Shown here: piece by piece, positions 50,621 through 60,271 of the stretch
Layout of the letters: each line of letters begins with the position of its first letter
Position numbering within the stretch: position 1 is the first letter of the stretch
Assembly: GCA_044222185.1 (NCBI GenBank)
Contig: JBGANV010000003.1
Span: forward strand, 768,001-832,000
Reading direction: 5' to 3'
Length of the DNA stretch: 64,000 nucleotides
From: Planctomycetota bacterium
GTDB taxonomy: Bacteria > Planctomycetota > GCA-002687715 > CAIWVZ01
Translations under genes and position numbers: made by a program
Notes under the pieces: model-generated
The model's input: only the letters and a program-made list of their open reading frames with translations
Database searches by the model: none
What the model was told of the DNA's origin: nothing

Positions 50621-52510
50621 TCAGAACCGCCAGGTCGCCGAGAACAACCCGAACCAGGCGTCGTCACCGTCGGTGAATGCGAACCCCGCATGGAAGTACG
50701 CCACATCCAATTCGAAACGCCAGTGCGGTGACGGCTTGTACCCGATGATCAGGTCCCACTCGTTGCCCAGGTCACGCGATCTGCCGTTCGGGTCGTAGCG
50801 CAGTCGCGTGTCCCGCAGGAACGTCGCCGCCTGATCCTGTTGGAAGTGGTGATACTCGACGTCGATCGAGAGCTCGTCGACGGGCCGGAACCCGACCCCG
50901 CCGTAGAAGATCAGCATGTTCGACAGCTCGAAGTCGGCGGCCTCGCCGAAGTATCGGAACGTCACCAGGCCGTTGAATCGGTCGTTGTTCCGTTGGAGAC
51001 CCGTTTGACGGAAGTTCCCGTCGACGCCCTCCGTGGGATGCGCATCCCCCGATCCGTAGGCGAACCCCGCGTAGACGGACGGCTCCAGTGGAACGTCTTT
51101 GAAGACGTACATCGCAGCCACGTCGGCGCCCACGGCGAGAACGTCGTTCCCCCTCTCGTCCCCGAAGACGAGCGCCGAGTCGAACCACGTCGTGAAGTCG
51201 CCGAACTCGCCCTTGTACGACACGCCCGTGTGCGTGCGGGCAACGTCCGCAGTCGTTCCTCCGTGGCGATGAAGACCGTAGACGAACAGTTCGTGGCCGT
51301 CCGCGGGCTGGGTGTGGACGCCCAGGAGGTAGTTCCAGATCTCGTCCTCCTCGGGCGTTCGATCGAAGATGACCGTGCTCGCGGAGAGTTCGACGACGGC
51401 CTCGCGCAGGTTCACGAACAGTCGTGCCGCATCGAGCTGATCCCGATACACCCATTCGCGCCCCTGATCGAACTCCTGTCGACCGATCTCGATGGAGATG
51501 CCGTTGACGGGAACGTCGTCGAACAGGACGTAGGCCTCGGCGACTTCGAACTTCTCGCCGCGGTTCAGGTCCTGGTCCTGGTCGAAGTGGACCCACTCGT
51601 CCAGCGCGCGTAGCTGCGTGAACAAGAAGACGTGGCTGCTGACGTCCACCGAGATCTCGAGTTTGGCCGTGAGGCCGTGAATCAGCCGGTCCCGATCCCG
51701 GTCGTTTCGCAAGTCGAGGTTCCGTCGCAGCTCCGAGTCGAACTTGATGTCGCCCCCGAGCGTGACGATGTCCCCGATCATGAGCTGGTCGTCGGGACGC
51801 TGATCCTCCTCATCGAGGCGCATCACGCTCCTGGGCCGAGCCTTGGGCCGAAGGACGGTCGAGGACTCGGCCGCCGCGGCGGCCACGGCAGCCGCGGTCG
51901 GCTCCGATTGCTTGGCGCGCCAGATGACTTCGGCTGAGTCCAACAGGGTCACGTCGACGCCGGCGATTCGAACTCGGCGTCGCCCGACATCCACCGACTC
52001 GACCCTCCCCTTCAGCTGCTCCTCCTCGCCGGGCTTTCGCTCGCGCACCGTGAGTTTCCAGAGCTCCCGATCGCCGTCGCGGACCTTCGCCTCGATCTTG
52101 ACCCACGCTCCCATGGGAATGGCGGCCGGATCCACGTCCTTGCCACCGGAGTCCTTGAACTGCGATCGCTCGGAAATCGTGAACGCCAGACCCGAGACGC
52201 GACCGATGTGGTCACGGAGGTCGAGCGCCTCGAGCACGCCCTTCACCTCCATCTCGTCGTCGGGGTCGTGGACCTCCGCGGCGTTTGCGATCAACTCCCC
52301 ATCTTCGAACTCACCGCGGAGGATCAAGGTCTGTTTCTTCTCGATCGCGACGAGGCCGATGCGCGGACCCGTGGGCCGCGAGGTCACGGGCGAGGACTCG
52401 GCACGCGGCGCAGCTGGACGGGATTCGGGCGGCGGCGCGTTCTCGGGCCGGAACGCCGCGCACCCGACGCACCCCAGGAGAACGGCGCACAAGACGGCGA
52501 ACGACCTCAA
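50621..52510 (-). CDS. Alginate-export (AlgE-like) outer-membrane beta-barrel with N-terminal DUF5666-like repeats
   Basis: Lipoprotein-like signal LGCVGC; repeats VKGVLEALD... and LKGRVESVD...; barrel motifs EAYV, IGRQ, AYGSGD...FRQTGLQRN, ELSN, DLGNEWD; terminal WRF. Confidence 0.88.
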   Translation of the reverse strand: MRSFAVLCAVLLGCVGCAAFRPENAPPPESRPAAPRAESSPVTSRPTGPRIGLVAIEKKQTLILRGEFEDGELIANAAEVHDPDDEMEVKGVLEALDLRDHIGRVSGLAFTISERSQFKDSGGKDVDPAAIPMGAWVKIEAKVRDGDRELWKLTVRERKPGEEEQLKGRVESVDVGRRRVRIAGVDVTLLDSAEVIWRAKQSEPTAAAVAAAAAESSTVLRPKARPRSVMRLDEEDQRPDDQLMIGDIVTLGGDIKFDSELRRNLDLRNDRDRDRLIHGLTAKLEISVDVSSHVFLFTQLRALDEWVHFDQDQDLNRGEKFEVAEAYVLFDDVPVNGISIEIGRQEFDQGREWVYRDQLDAARLFVNLREAVVELSASTVIFDRTPEEDEIWNYLLGVHTQPADGHELFVYGLHRHGGTTADVARTHTGVSYKGEFGDFTTWFDSALVFGDERGNDVLAVGADVAAMYVFKDVPLEPSVYAGFAYGSGDAHPTEGVDGNFRQTGLQRNNDRFNGLVTFRYFGEAADFELSNMLIFYGGVGFRPVDELSIDVEYHHFQQDQAATFLRDTRLRYDPNGRSRDLGNEWDLIIGYKPSPHWRFELDVAYFHAGFAFTDGDDAWFGLFSATWRF

Positions 52511-53553
52511 GCAACGGCCTCCCGCAACAGACTTTCACTCAGATGACGCCACTGACGACGGAACAGGTAGATGGATGCGAGGCGGAAGAACGTGTCCTTG
52601 CGGAAGCTGCGCACACGGTCGGAGTCATGATTGCCGCCCGCTTCCGCATAGGCCGCGAGCAGTCGATCGGCCGCAGCGTATCCCGCGCTCGCGTCATCAC
52701 CACGCTGAAGTGCGCGAAGGACGAGGTGCGCACAGAGATTTCCCAGGTCCTCTTCCGCTTCGCCGAGGAATGCCATGTCCGTGTCGATGAGTCCGATGGC
52801 GTCCGGCGCAACCAGGATGTTGCGATCATGGAGGTCGCCGTGGATCAGCACGCGATTTTGCGCCCGCCGCTCGAGCACTGGGAGGTTGCGAAAGGCCTCG
52901 AGCCAGCTCTCGAACGACCGCGGCTCGAACCGCTCGACGATGCTGACCCACTGGGCAGCGCTCGGAGGATGCGGCTCGGGGATCGTCACGTCGTCGGGCA
53001 GGGCCCCAGCATGCATGCGGGCAAGCGACAAGCCAACCTGCGGGATCGCATCGTTGGCGCGGCACTCCATGAGTCGATCGTGGAATGACTCCCCAGGAAC
53101 GGCGCTCAGTACGATCACGCCGTCGTCGGGGTGGCACTCGATGAGCGCGGGGAGGGCGGGCCCGCCGCGGGGGCGTTCCGGCCGCCACACGAGGTCGACG
53201 AGGCGAAGCCTCTCGATGAGTGCCGGCGCGCGCTTGGGACGAACGATCTTCACGTAACGAGTGCCCTCGGGCCCGGGAACCCTGACGACCGCGCGGTGGC
53301 CTGCGCGGTAGGCGACGAGCTCACCCATGGCCAACCACCGGCGCCCACGCGCGAGAGCGGGGTCCTCGCCGGGGGCCATGACGACGAGCCGGCGCGTTTG
53401 CGGGTCGAACGTTCCGAAGCGGCGCTCGCGGTCGCCGGCTTCGAGGATCGCGGGCCAGAGCCCTGAGGAACGAGGGAAGAGGGTCTGCCACTGCAGCCCT
53501 CGCCCCGAGTGCTGAGCCCCATCACTGCCATCCGCGACGTCCTCGGAAATCAC
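52507..53553 (-). CDS. APH/choline-kinase-like phosphotransferase
   Basis: GTG 53553 (GTGA overlap); YRAGHRAV, YVK, IHGDLHDRNIL, LIDTD, DLGNLCAH. Confidence 0.88.
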   Translation of the reverse strand: MISEDVADGSDGAQHSGRGLQWQTLFPRSSGLWPAILEAGDRERRFGTFDPQTRRLVVMAPGEDPALARGRRWLAMGELVAYRAGHRAVVRVPGPEGTRYVKIVRPKRAPALIERLRLVDLVWRPERPRGGPALPALIECHPDDGVIVLSAVPGESFHDRLMECRANDAIPQVGLSLARMHAGALPDDVTIPEPHPPSAAQWVSIVERFEPRSFESWLEAFRNLPVLERRAQNRVLIHGDLHDRNILVAPDAIGLIDTDMAFLGEAEEDLGNLCAHLVLRALQRGDDASAGYAAADRLLAAYAEAGGNHDSDRVRSFRKDTFFRLASIYLFRRQWRHLSESLLREAVA

Positions 53554-54893
53554 GGCAGCACCGCTCCCACGATCGACCGCGCGAGGCTCAAGAGGTCCAA
53601 CGTCGCACGCGACGCGGCACTCCAGTTCGCCTCCAGGCGGCGGAACGGCAACAGCGCGAGCTCGAGGAGCCCGCAAGCGACGAAGAAGAGGAGGTCCCCT
53701 CCGGGCCGTCGCGGCGCCCCCGCGAGATAGGTCCGGAGAAATGCGTCTCGGAAGGCGTCGATGTGTCCGCGAGTCCCCGCGTCGGTCGCGCGCGCCGCGT
53801 GGGAAAGCAGGTGCGCCACGAAATTGCCCACGTCTTCCAGCGGATCGCCGATGGCGACCCGCTCGAAGTCGACGAAGACGGGACCCCCGTCGGTCACGAG
53901 CACCTGATGGAGGTGGAGGTCGCCGTGGATCGTCGATGCCGGCGGCGGTCCAAAGGCGTGTCCTTCGACGACCCGGAGGACGGAGTCGAGGGTCGCAGCG
54001 AGCGCCCCGTCGGCGGAACGGAGGGCATGCACCGCGGCACGTGCAGCCTGGACGAGCGTGGCCGGCGTCCGCGTCCAGGGAACGGGAACCTTCGTGGCGT
54101 GAAGCCGCAGCAGGGCCGAGGCGACGGCCTGGGCTGGTCCCCGTCCCGCGCCGATCACCGCCCCCAGATCGATCCCCGCGACCGCCTCCTCGGCGAACAC
54201 CCGCCCCGCCAGAAGCGATCCCAGCGGCTTGGGGACTGGCGGCCCGCCTGCCGCACCATGGAACGCGCGCGCGATCGCGTCGAGCTTCGCCCCACGTGAG
54301 TCGGGAAAGAACCTCAGGAAGACCTGGCGCGTGGACTTCTCGCCCGTCGAGTCGTGCTTGAGCGCGAGATCGACGCGAGCGATGAAGCGTCGCTCGGGCT
54401 TGTAGCGGACCGGATGCACGATCGACTTTCGGCCCTGGACCCGCCATCCCGCGTCACCGACGCCGGCAAGCCCGCCGAGGATGCGTTTCAGCTTGTCGGG
54501 GTCCTCGATGAAGCGAAGCCCCCGCAGTTGCGCGTCGTTGGGAAAAAGGAACAGGACGCTCCTGCGCGTAGCGAGAAGTCTCACACCCGGACCGACGACG
54601 GTCGCGCTCGGCTTCATGGATTCCCACTTCGCCGCCAGGGTCACGGCCCGATCGTCGGCGAACGTGCGGAAATAGCCCGCGATCGTGAACGGCCCACCCG
54701 ACTCGTCTGCGCCGCGGATCGTGCAGCCGAGGAGTGCACTCTCCCCCGCCTTCAGCCGCAGGTAGTCGTGGTTGACGGACGTGGCCGCGATGCCGGATTC
54801 CCGCAGGAGTTCCACGGCACGGACGGGGTCGAGGAGCATGGAGAGATCCCCCACCTCCAATGCGCCACGCGATCCGGGAACGCCGTCGCTCAC
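53550..54893 (-). CDS. APH/choline-kinase-like phosphotransferase
   Basis: FPNDAQL, RYKPERR, IHGDLHLHQVL, FVDFE, DVGNFVAH. Confidence 0.88.
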   Translation of the reverse strand: MSDGVPGSRGALEVGDLSMLLDPVRAVELLRESGIAATSVNHDYLRLKAGESALLGCTIRGADESGGPFTIAGYFRTFADDRAVTLAAKWESMKPSATVVGPGVRLLATRRSVLFLFPNDAQLRGLRFIEDPDKLKRILGGLAGVGDAGWRVQGRKSIVHPVRYKPERRFIARVDLALKHDSTGEKSTRQVFLRFFPDSRGAKLDAIARAFHGAAGGPPVPKPLGSLLAGRVFAEEAVAGIDLGAVIGAGRGPAQAVASALLRLHATKVPVPWTRTPATLVQAARAAVHALRSADGALAATLDSVLRVVEGHAFGPPPASTIHGDLHLHQVLVTDGGPVFVDFERVAIGDPLEDVGNFVAHLLSHAARATDAGTRGHIDAFRDAFLRTYLAGAPRRPGGDLLFFVACGLLELALLPFRRLEANWSAASRATLDLLSLARSIVGAVLP

Positions 54894-56641
54894 CGCGTGA
54901 CCTCGAGCTGGTGAGAACGGAGCGTCGATACGACGCGGCCGTGATCCACGTGGAGCACCAGGTCCGGTCCCAGCTCGGATGCCGGGCCGTGGCTCACGAC
55001 GAACGTCGTGCGTCCGGCCGCGATCGTCCGGATCGCCTTCGCGACGGTCGCTCGGGCGACCGGGTCGAGGCCCGAGAGTGGTTCATCCAGGAGCAGGATG
55101 CGAGCATCGCGAACGGCGGCTCGCGCCAGCATCAGGCGTCGGGCTTCACCGCCCGAGAGCGTGGCTCCACCCTCTCCAAGGCGGGTCTCGTAGCCCTGCG
55201 GCAGCCGTTCGATCATGTCGTGTGCGAGCGCTGCCCGGGCTGCCGCTTCGATCTGTTCGTCCGTGGCATCAGGGCGTCCGAACAGGATGTTCTCCCGCAC
55301 GGTCGCGCCGAACAGGAGGATGTCCTGTGGAACGTACGCAACCCGATCCCGCCAGGATTTCAGCTCCCATGCGAAGACGTCCTGTCCGTCGATGAGCACC
55401 GTGCCAGCAGTCGGCGTGACGAGGCGAAGCAGCACGGAGAGCGTCGTGGACTTCCCCGCGCCGTTCGGCCCGTTGACGACGACGAGCGATCCCGCCTCCA
55501 CGTCGAGCGAGAGTCCCGTGAGCGCCCGGACACCGGACGGATAGCGCACCTCGAGATCCGAGATCGACACCCGTCCACGGATCTGCGGAGCCTCGGGTCC
55601 CTGGCCCATGGGCTCGGGCTCGTGCTTGAGCAGATCCATGAGGCGTTCGGCGCAGGCGGTCGCCTTCGAGAGCCGCGTTCCGTCCTTCGAGAGTCCCCGC
55701 AGCGGCTTGTAAAGCGTCCGCGCGTAGGAGACGAGCAGGATGAGGTCGCCCGGGGTGATCGTTCGGGAAATCACCCGATCCGCGCCGAAGTAGATGAGGG
55801 CCGCGAGGCCCAGTCCCGTCAGGAACTCGGCGGTGCGTCCCATGCCGGCCGCGATCCGCGCGGCCTCTCCGCCCGCACGCTCCGTCGACCGGCTGTCGCG
55901 AGCGAACTGGCGCGTCGCGCGCTCCTCGGCCGTGTACGCTTTCACCACGCGAATCTGCCGGAGCGTCTCTGCGGCGAACGCCGCGAGCGTTCCCTCCTTC
56001 GCGCGCTGCTTGCGCGTCACGATCGTGAGCTTGCGTGACGAACGCTGCATTCCGAAGGCGAGCAACGGCAGCGGTGCGAGCGAGAGGAGCCCGAGCCATG
56101 GGTCGACGGTCATCATCATGATGGCCGTGCCGACGAAGAGGAGCGCACGGCCGCCCAGGCTCAGCCACGAGGTGAACAAGAGGTCACGGACGTTGTTCAC
56201 GTCGCCCATCAGCCGCGTGAGCAGGTCGCCCGTTCGGTGAGCCTGGTGGAACGAGAGCGCGAGGCGATGCATGTGCTCGTAGACCCGCTTGCGGATCCGC
56301 ACGGACATCTTCCGGCCGACGACGGCCGAGGCCACGGCCTGCCGAACGCTCAACCAGCCGATGAGGAGGGAGATGACGACGATCGCCACGCAGGAGGCGA
56401 TCAGGATTTCGTTCTGACGCAGGCCAAAGTACGTCGGACGGTTCGCGCGACGCCCGATGACGCTGTCGAACACGAGCTTGATCGGCCAGGGCCGAGCGAG
56501 TTCGAGCCCGGCCACGAGGACCGAGTAGACCGTCGCGACGATGACGCCCCGCGACTGCCCTTCGACCGCCGGCTTGAACACACGGAAGGCCGACCGGAGC
56601 TGGTCCGTCGTCACACCGATCGAGGGTCGTTTGAACTTCAA
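54890..56641 (-). CDS. ABC exporter, fused TMD-NBD (MsbA-like)
   Basis: TTG 56641 (TTGA overlap); PWPIKLVFD, RTGDLLTRL, GPNGAGKST, LSGGEARR, LLDEP. Confidence 0.93.
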   Translation of the reverse strand: MKFKRPSIGVTTDQLRSAFRVFKPAVEGQSRGVIVATVYSVLVAGLELARPWPIKLVFDSVIGRRANRPTYFGLRQNEILIASCVAIVVISLLIGWLSVRQAVASAVVGRKMSVRIRKRVYEHMHRLALSFHQAHRTGDLLTRLMGDVNNVRDLLFTSWLSLGGRALLFVGTAIMMMTVDPWLGLLSLAPLPLLAFGMQRSSRKLTIVTRKQRAKEGTLAAFAAETLRQIRVVKAYTAEERATRQFARDSRSTERAGGEAARIAAGMGRTAEFLTGLGLAALIYFGADRVISRTITPGDLILLVSYARTLYKPLRGLSKDGTRLSKATACAERLMDLLKHEPEPMGQGPEAPQIRGRVSISDLEVRYPSGVRALTGLSLDVEAGSLVVVNGPNGAGKSTTLSVLLRLVTPTAGTVLIDGQDVFAWELKSWRDRVAYVPQDILLFGATVRENILFGRPDATDEQIEAAARAALAHDMIERLPQGYETRLGEGGATLSGGEARRLMLARAAVRDARILLLDEPLSGLDPVARATVAKAIRTIAAGRTTFVVSHGPASELGPDLVLHVDHGRVVSTLRSHQLEVTR

Positions 56642-57747
56642 TCGCACCGGTGGAGTCCTCCAGCCAGGACGCCGTCGATCAAGCCGACGGTCGCCGCAGC
56701 GGACGCATCCCACGTGAGTTCTCGCAGCGCGCGGTCCCGTGCCGCGCTGCCGAGCGCCCGGCGTCTCGCGGGGTTCGCGAGGAGTTCGACGACGGCTCGA
56801 GCGAACGCCGCGTCGGAGGCGGGGTCCACGAGCCAGGCGCAGTCCCCTGCGATCGCGGGGATGTCGCCGACGTCGGAGGCGACGACGCAAAGCCCCGCGG
56901 CCATCGACTCGATGACCTTCATCGGGCAGAAGTAGAAGAACTCGGGCGGCTCGTACGGCGCGAGCGACACGACGCCATCGCAGAGACGCATGCGCGCCTC
57001 GGCTTCAGACAACGCCCCCGTGACGGTGACGCGCCGTGCCAGGCCGACGTCCGTCGCTCGGGCCGACAGTGCCGAGGCGCCGTCGCCGCCGCCGACCACC
57101 ACGAGTCGAGCGTCGAAACCCTCCGCGACGACCCGCCCGAGGATCCCCAGGAGTCGGTCGGCGCCATGCCAGGGTTTGGGGTGACCGAGGAACACGAGCG
57201 TCGCCTCCGCGCGGGCGACGTCGGCAGGTCGAGGAAAGTCCTGCGGGTCGCAACCGTTCCGCACGACGCGCACGTCACGCTCGCTGCCGCGTTTTTGGGA
57301 CACGTACCGTCGCAGCGGTTCCGACACCGTGACGATGGCATCGGCCTCGCGGAACAGTCGGGTCTCGATGGAGTCGGCCTCCGCGTCGACGGTCGTCGGA
57401 CGGTGGCGCAGCGCTTCCTGTACGAGCGGCGCGTTCACTTCCAGAACGAGCGGGCGCCCGAGGCGGCGGGCCAGCTGGAGCCCGACCGTCGAACCGAGCG
57501 AGTAGCGTTCATAGACCACGTCGGGGATGCCGGCCGATTCCACGACCGCGAGCGTCGCGTCGAGGCCCCGAGCGGCCGCCACAGATCCCAGATCCGCGGC
57601 GGCGTCACCCGCGCCCTTCGCGACGATCGTCGACACGTCGTGGCCGGCGCGGCGAAGCGCGCGGTGGATCGATCGCATGTGGACGGAGGCGCCTTTCGTG
57701 CCGTCGAATGCGATCCCGGGATCAGAGCAAAGCTGCAGCAGCCTCAT
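56638..57747 (-). CDS. Glycosyltransferase family 4
   Basis: ATG 57747; DPGIAFDGTKGASVH, YERYSL, EVNAPL, PKPWHG, YFCPMKVIESMAAG. Confidence 0.93.
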   Translation of the reverse strand: MRLLQLCSDPGIAFDGTKGASVHMRSIHRALRRAGHDVSTIVAKGAGDAAADLGSVAAARGLDATLAVVESAGIPDVVYERYSLGSTVGLQLARRLGRPLVLEVNAPLVQEALRHRPTTVDAEADSIETRLFREADAIVTVSEPLRRYVSQKRGSERDVRVVRNGCDPQDFPRPADVARAEATLVFLGHPKPWHGADRLLGILGRVVAEGFDARLVVVGGGDGASALSARATDVGLARRVTVTGALSEAEARMRLCDGVVSLAPYEPPEFFYFCPMKVIESMAAGLCVVASDVGDIPAIAGDCAWLVDPASDAAFARAVVELLANPARRRALGSAARDRALRELTWDASAAATVGLIDGVLAGGLHRCD

Positions 57748-59006
57748 GCCGTTCCCCCAGGGGCCGCGCGCCGTCCATCGGGTCCCCCGAAGAGCTCCAG
57801 GAGGTGCGGAAGCGTCGCCGTGCGGTCGAACTTCCGTGCGGCCGTCACCCGCCCAGCGGCGGACATGCGTCGCCACGCCCCGTCGTCGTGCAGGAGTCCC
57901 GAAACGGCCGCGGCGATCGCGGCCACGTCGTTCTCGGGGACCACGCGGCCCTCGACTCCATCCTCGATGATCTCCGGGATCCCGGCGACCGGCGTCGACA
58001 CGGCGGGTAGTCCTACCGCCAGAGCTTCGAGCAGCACCGTCGGTAGCGCGTCCTGGTTTCCGTCCGTGCCGCGCAGGCACGGCGCCACGAGAACGCGAGC
58101 CCTCCGCATCCACCGCAAGACCTCGTCGCGCGTCAGCGGCCCCGTGAAGGTCACGGTCCCGCCGAGTTCGAGGCGCTCGCAGTCAGCCAGCAGGCGTCCG
58201 CGCTCGTCGCCGTCGCCGATGATGACGACCTTCAGTCGCTCTCCCCCATCCACCAGACGCCGGGCCGCTTCGAGGAGCAGGTGGAACCCCTTCTTCTCGA
58301 CGAGGCGACCGACGGCCACGACGAGGTCTGGTTCCCGAGTTCCTTCCGGGGCTGCCAACTCGTCGAGGGGTATCCCGTTGTAGATGCGGACGACCTTCCG
58401 GTCATCACCACGCAGGAAGCGGTCGGCGATGAACCGCCGGTTGTAGTCACTGACTGTCACGAGCGCTCGGGCGGAGGCCGTCACCTCCCTGAAAACGTCG
58501 CCGTCGACGGTCTCCCTGAAGATGTCCTTGGCGTGCGCCGTCACCGTGTAGGGAACGCCCGTGAACACGTGCGCGAGGTAGGCCACGTGTGCGGCGATCG
58601 TCATGAAATGCGCGTGCAGGTGATGGAGGCCGAGCGCCGTCACCTGGTTGGCGACGAGGAGTCCCTGCACCAGCAACGCCGAGCGTTTTTCCGCCGAGAC
58701 GCGCTCGACGAACCCCATGGCCCGATCCAACGCCTGCGGCCGAAGCCGGTCGAGCTCACGCAGCGATTGGAACGCGGCCCAGGCGGCGCCGGACCCGAAC
58801 ACGGGCAGGTAGTGGACGGCGGCGACGAGGCGCTTCACCTCGGGGTGCGCGGGCTCCGCGTCCGGCGGGTGAAGAGACATCACCCCGACGTCGACTCCAG
58901 CGGCCTCGAGCCCCATCAGCTCGTTGAGGATGAACGTCTCGGACAGCCGAGGGAACTTCTTCAGGACGTAGCCAACGCGAAGGGAGCGGCGATCAACCGG
59001 CGGCAT
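57744..59006 (-). CDS. Glycosyltransferase family 4 (WcaL-like)
   Basis: YVLKKFPRLSETFILNE, HLHAHF, TAHAKDI, GRLVEKKG, DALPTVLLEA. Confidence 0.93.
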   Translation of the reverse strand: MPPVDRRSLRVGYVLKKFPRLSETFILNELMGLEAAGVDVGVMSLHPPDAEPAHPEVKRLVAAVHYLPVFGSGAAWAAFQSLRELDRLRPQALDRAMGFVERVSAEKRSALLVQGLLVANQVTALGLHHLHAHFMTIAAHVAYLAHVFTGVPYTVTAHAKDIFRETVDGDVFREVTASARALVTVSDYNRRFIADRFLRGDDRKVVRIYNGIPLDELAAPEGTREPDLVVAVGRLVEKKGFHLLLEAARRLVDGGERLKVVIIGDGDERGRLLADCERLELGGTVTFTGPLTRDEVLRWMRRARVLVAPCLRGTDGNQDALPTVLLEALAVGLPAVSTPVAGIPEIIEDGVEGRVVPENDVAAIAAAVSGLLHDDGAWRRMSAAGRVTAARKFDRTATLPHLLELFGGPDGRRAAPGGTA

Positions 59007-60249
59007 GAGCCCTCGATTCGGGGCGGCCATCGTCCGCGGAATCCGCGGAGATGCCGAGGATGCCGGACATGGCATGGGCGACGTTCTGCAGTCCGTCGAG
59101 GCAGACGATCGATTCGGCCGCGCGGGCTTTCACCCGGAGTGCTCGCTCGACGAAGCTGCCGATCGTGGCGGGGTCGCAGTTCTTCGCGCGGCAGTACTCC
59201 ACCGCGCCGATGGCTCCGAGACTTCGCGCGCGGATGAGCTGCTCCTGACGCGGTTTCTCCCGGGGGATGAGCAACGCGGGCACGCAGGCCGCGAGGATCT
59301 CCGTGACCGTGTTGTAGCCGGCCATGGCGATCACGCCGGCCGCACTCGCGATCTGGGACTCCAGATCGACGACGAACTCCGTGAGCTCGAAGGGATGCCC
59401 GGTCTCCCGCAGATGGGCCGCCACCTCGCGCTGGCGCCGCGCAGAAAGAAACGGGCCGGTGACGATGCGGGAACGGAACCGTGCGGGTTCACGGAGAGAC
59501 TCGAGAAATCGGATGTACAGGCGCAGCAGTCCTTGTCCATCACCTCCGCCACCGGCAGTCACGAGGATCGTCGGGCGGTCCTCGGCGCGGGCCGCGCGAT
59601 GGAGTCGTACGTGAGGCCGACTGATGTATCCGACGTGTTGCACCTTGCCCGGCACTCGGCTTCCGAGGCCGAGTTCCTCTGCGGTCGACACGATCCGCTC
59701 GTCGCCGTAGACGAAGATCCGGTCGTAGATCGTGGCGAGACGATCCCACACACCGAGCTTGCGCCACTCCTGTTCGACGCGCGCCGGATCATCGATGACG
59801 TCGCGCAACCCGAGCACCATCTTCGGGCGATCCTCCGGGCTCAGATGCCCGACCCAGTCGAAGAGCGGCTCGAGTTCGCCCTTCATGCCGAGCGGCGCAT
59901 GATCGACGATGATCGCGTCAGGTCGGAAGCTCGAGGCCGTCGCCAGGATGATGTCCGCGCGCAGGCGACGAATGGCGTCGAAGGTCCCGCGGAGGGTACG
60001 CGGCTCGTAGGTCCCGTCTCCCTGCTTCAGCACCGCGGGGAGTTTGACGGTGTCGCAGCCAGGCGGCAATGCGAATGCATTCGTGCGCGGCGACCCGGTC
60101 ACGATCAGCACCTGCGGCTCGTACGACGACGACGCAAGCCCCCCCGCGATGAGCAGACTGCGACGCAGGTGCCCGAGCCCGTAGGTGTCGTGGCTGTAGA
60201 TCAGGATTCGCTTGGGTGTTGACTGAGGCATCGTTCGATCCGTGGCCAT
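58993..60249 (-). CDS. Predicted GT-B glycosyltransferase (COG4671-like, GT28 C-terminal type)
   Basis: YSHDTYGLGHLRR, VDHAPLG, LGLRDVID, VTAGGGGDG, MAGYNT, EQLIRA. Confidence 0.9.
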   Translation of the reverse strand: MATDRTMPQSTPKRILIYSHDTYGLGHLRRSLLIAGGLASSSYEPQVLIVTGSPRTNAFALPPGCDTVKLPAVLKQGDGTYEPRTLRGTFDAIRRLRADIILATASSFRPDAIIVDHAPLGMKGELEPLFDWVGHLSPEDRPKMVLGLRDVIDDPARVEQEWRKLGVWDRLATIYDRIFVYGDERIVSTAEELGLGSRVPGKVQHVGYISRPHVRLHRAARAEDRPTILVTAGGGGDGQGLLRLYIRFLESLREPARFRSRIVTGPFLSARRQREVAAHLRETGHPFELTEFVVDLESQIASAAGVIAMAGYNTVTEILAACVPALLIPREKPRQEQLIRARSLGAIGAVEYCRAKNCDPATIGSFVERALRVKARAAESIVCLDGLQNVAHAMSGILGISADSADDGRPESRAHAAG

Positions 60250-60271
60250 CGACCTTCGGGGACTCCGACCG

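Noticed and set aside
52507-54893. Aminoglycoside resistance genes
   Set aside because: APH fold only; the embedding in a coupled glycosyltransferase operon points to biosynthesis.
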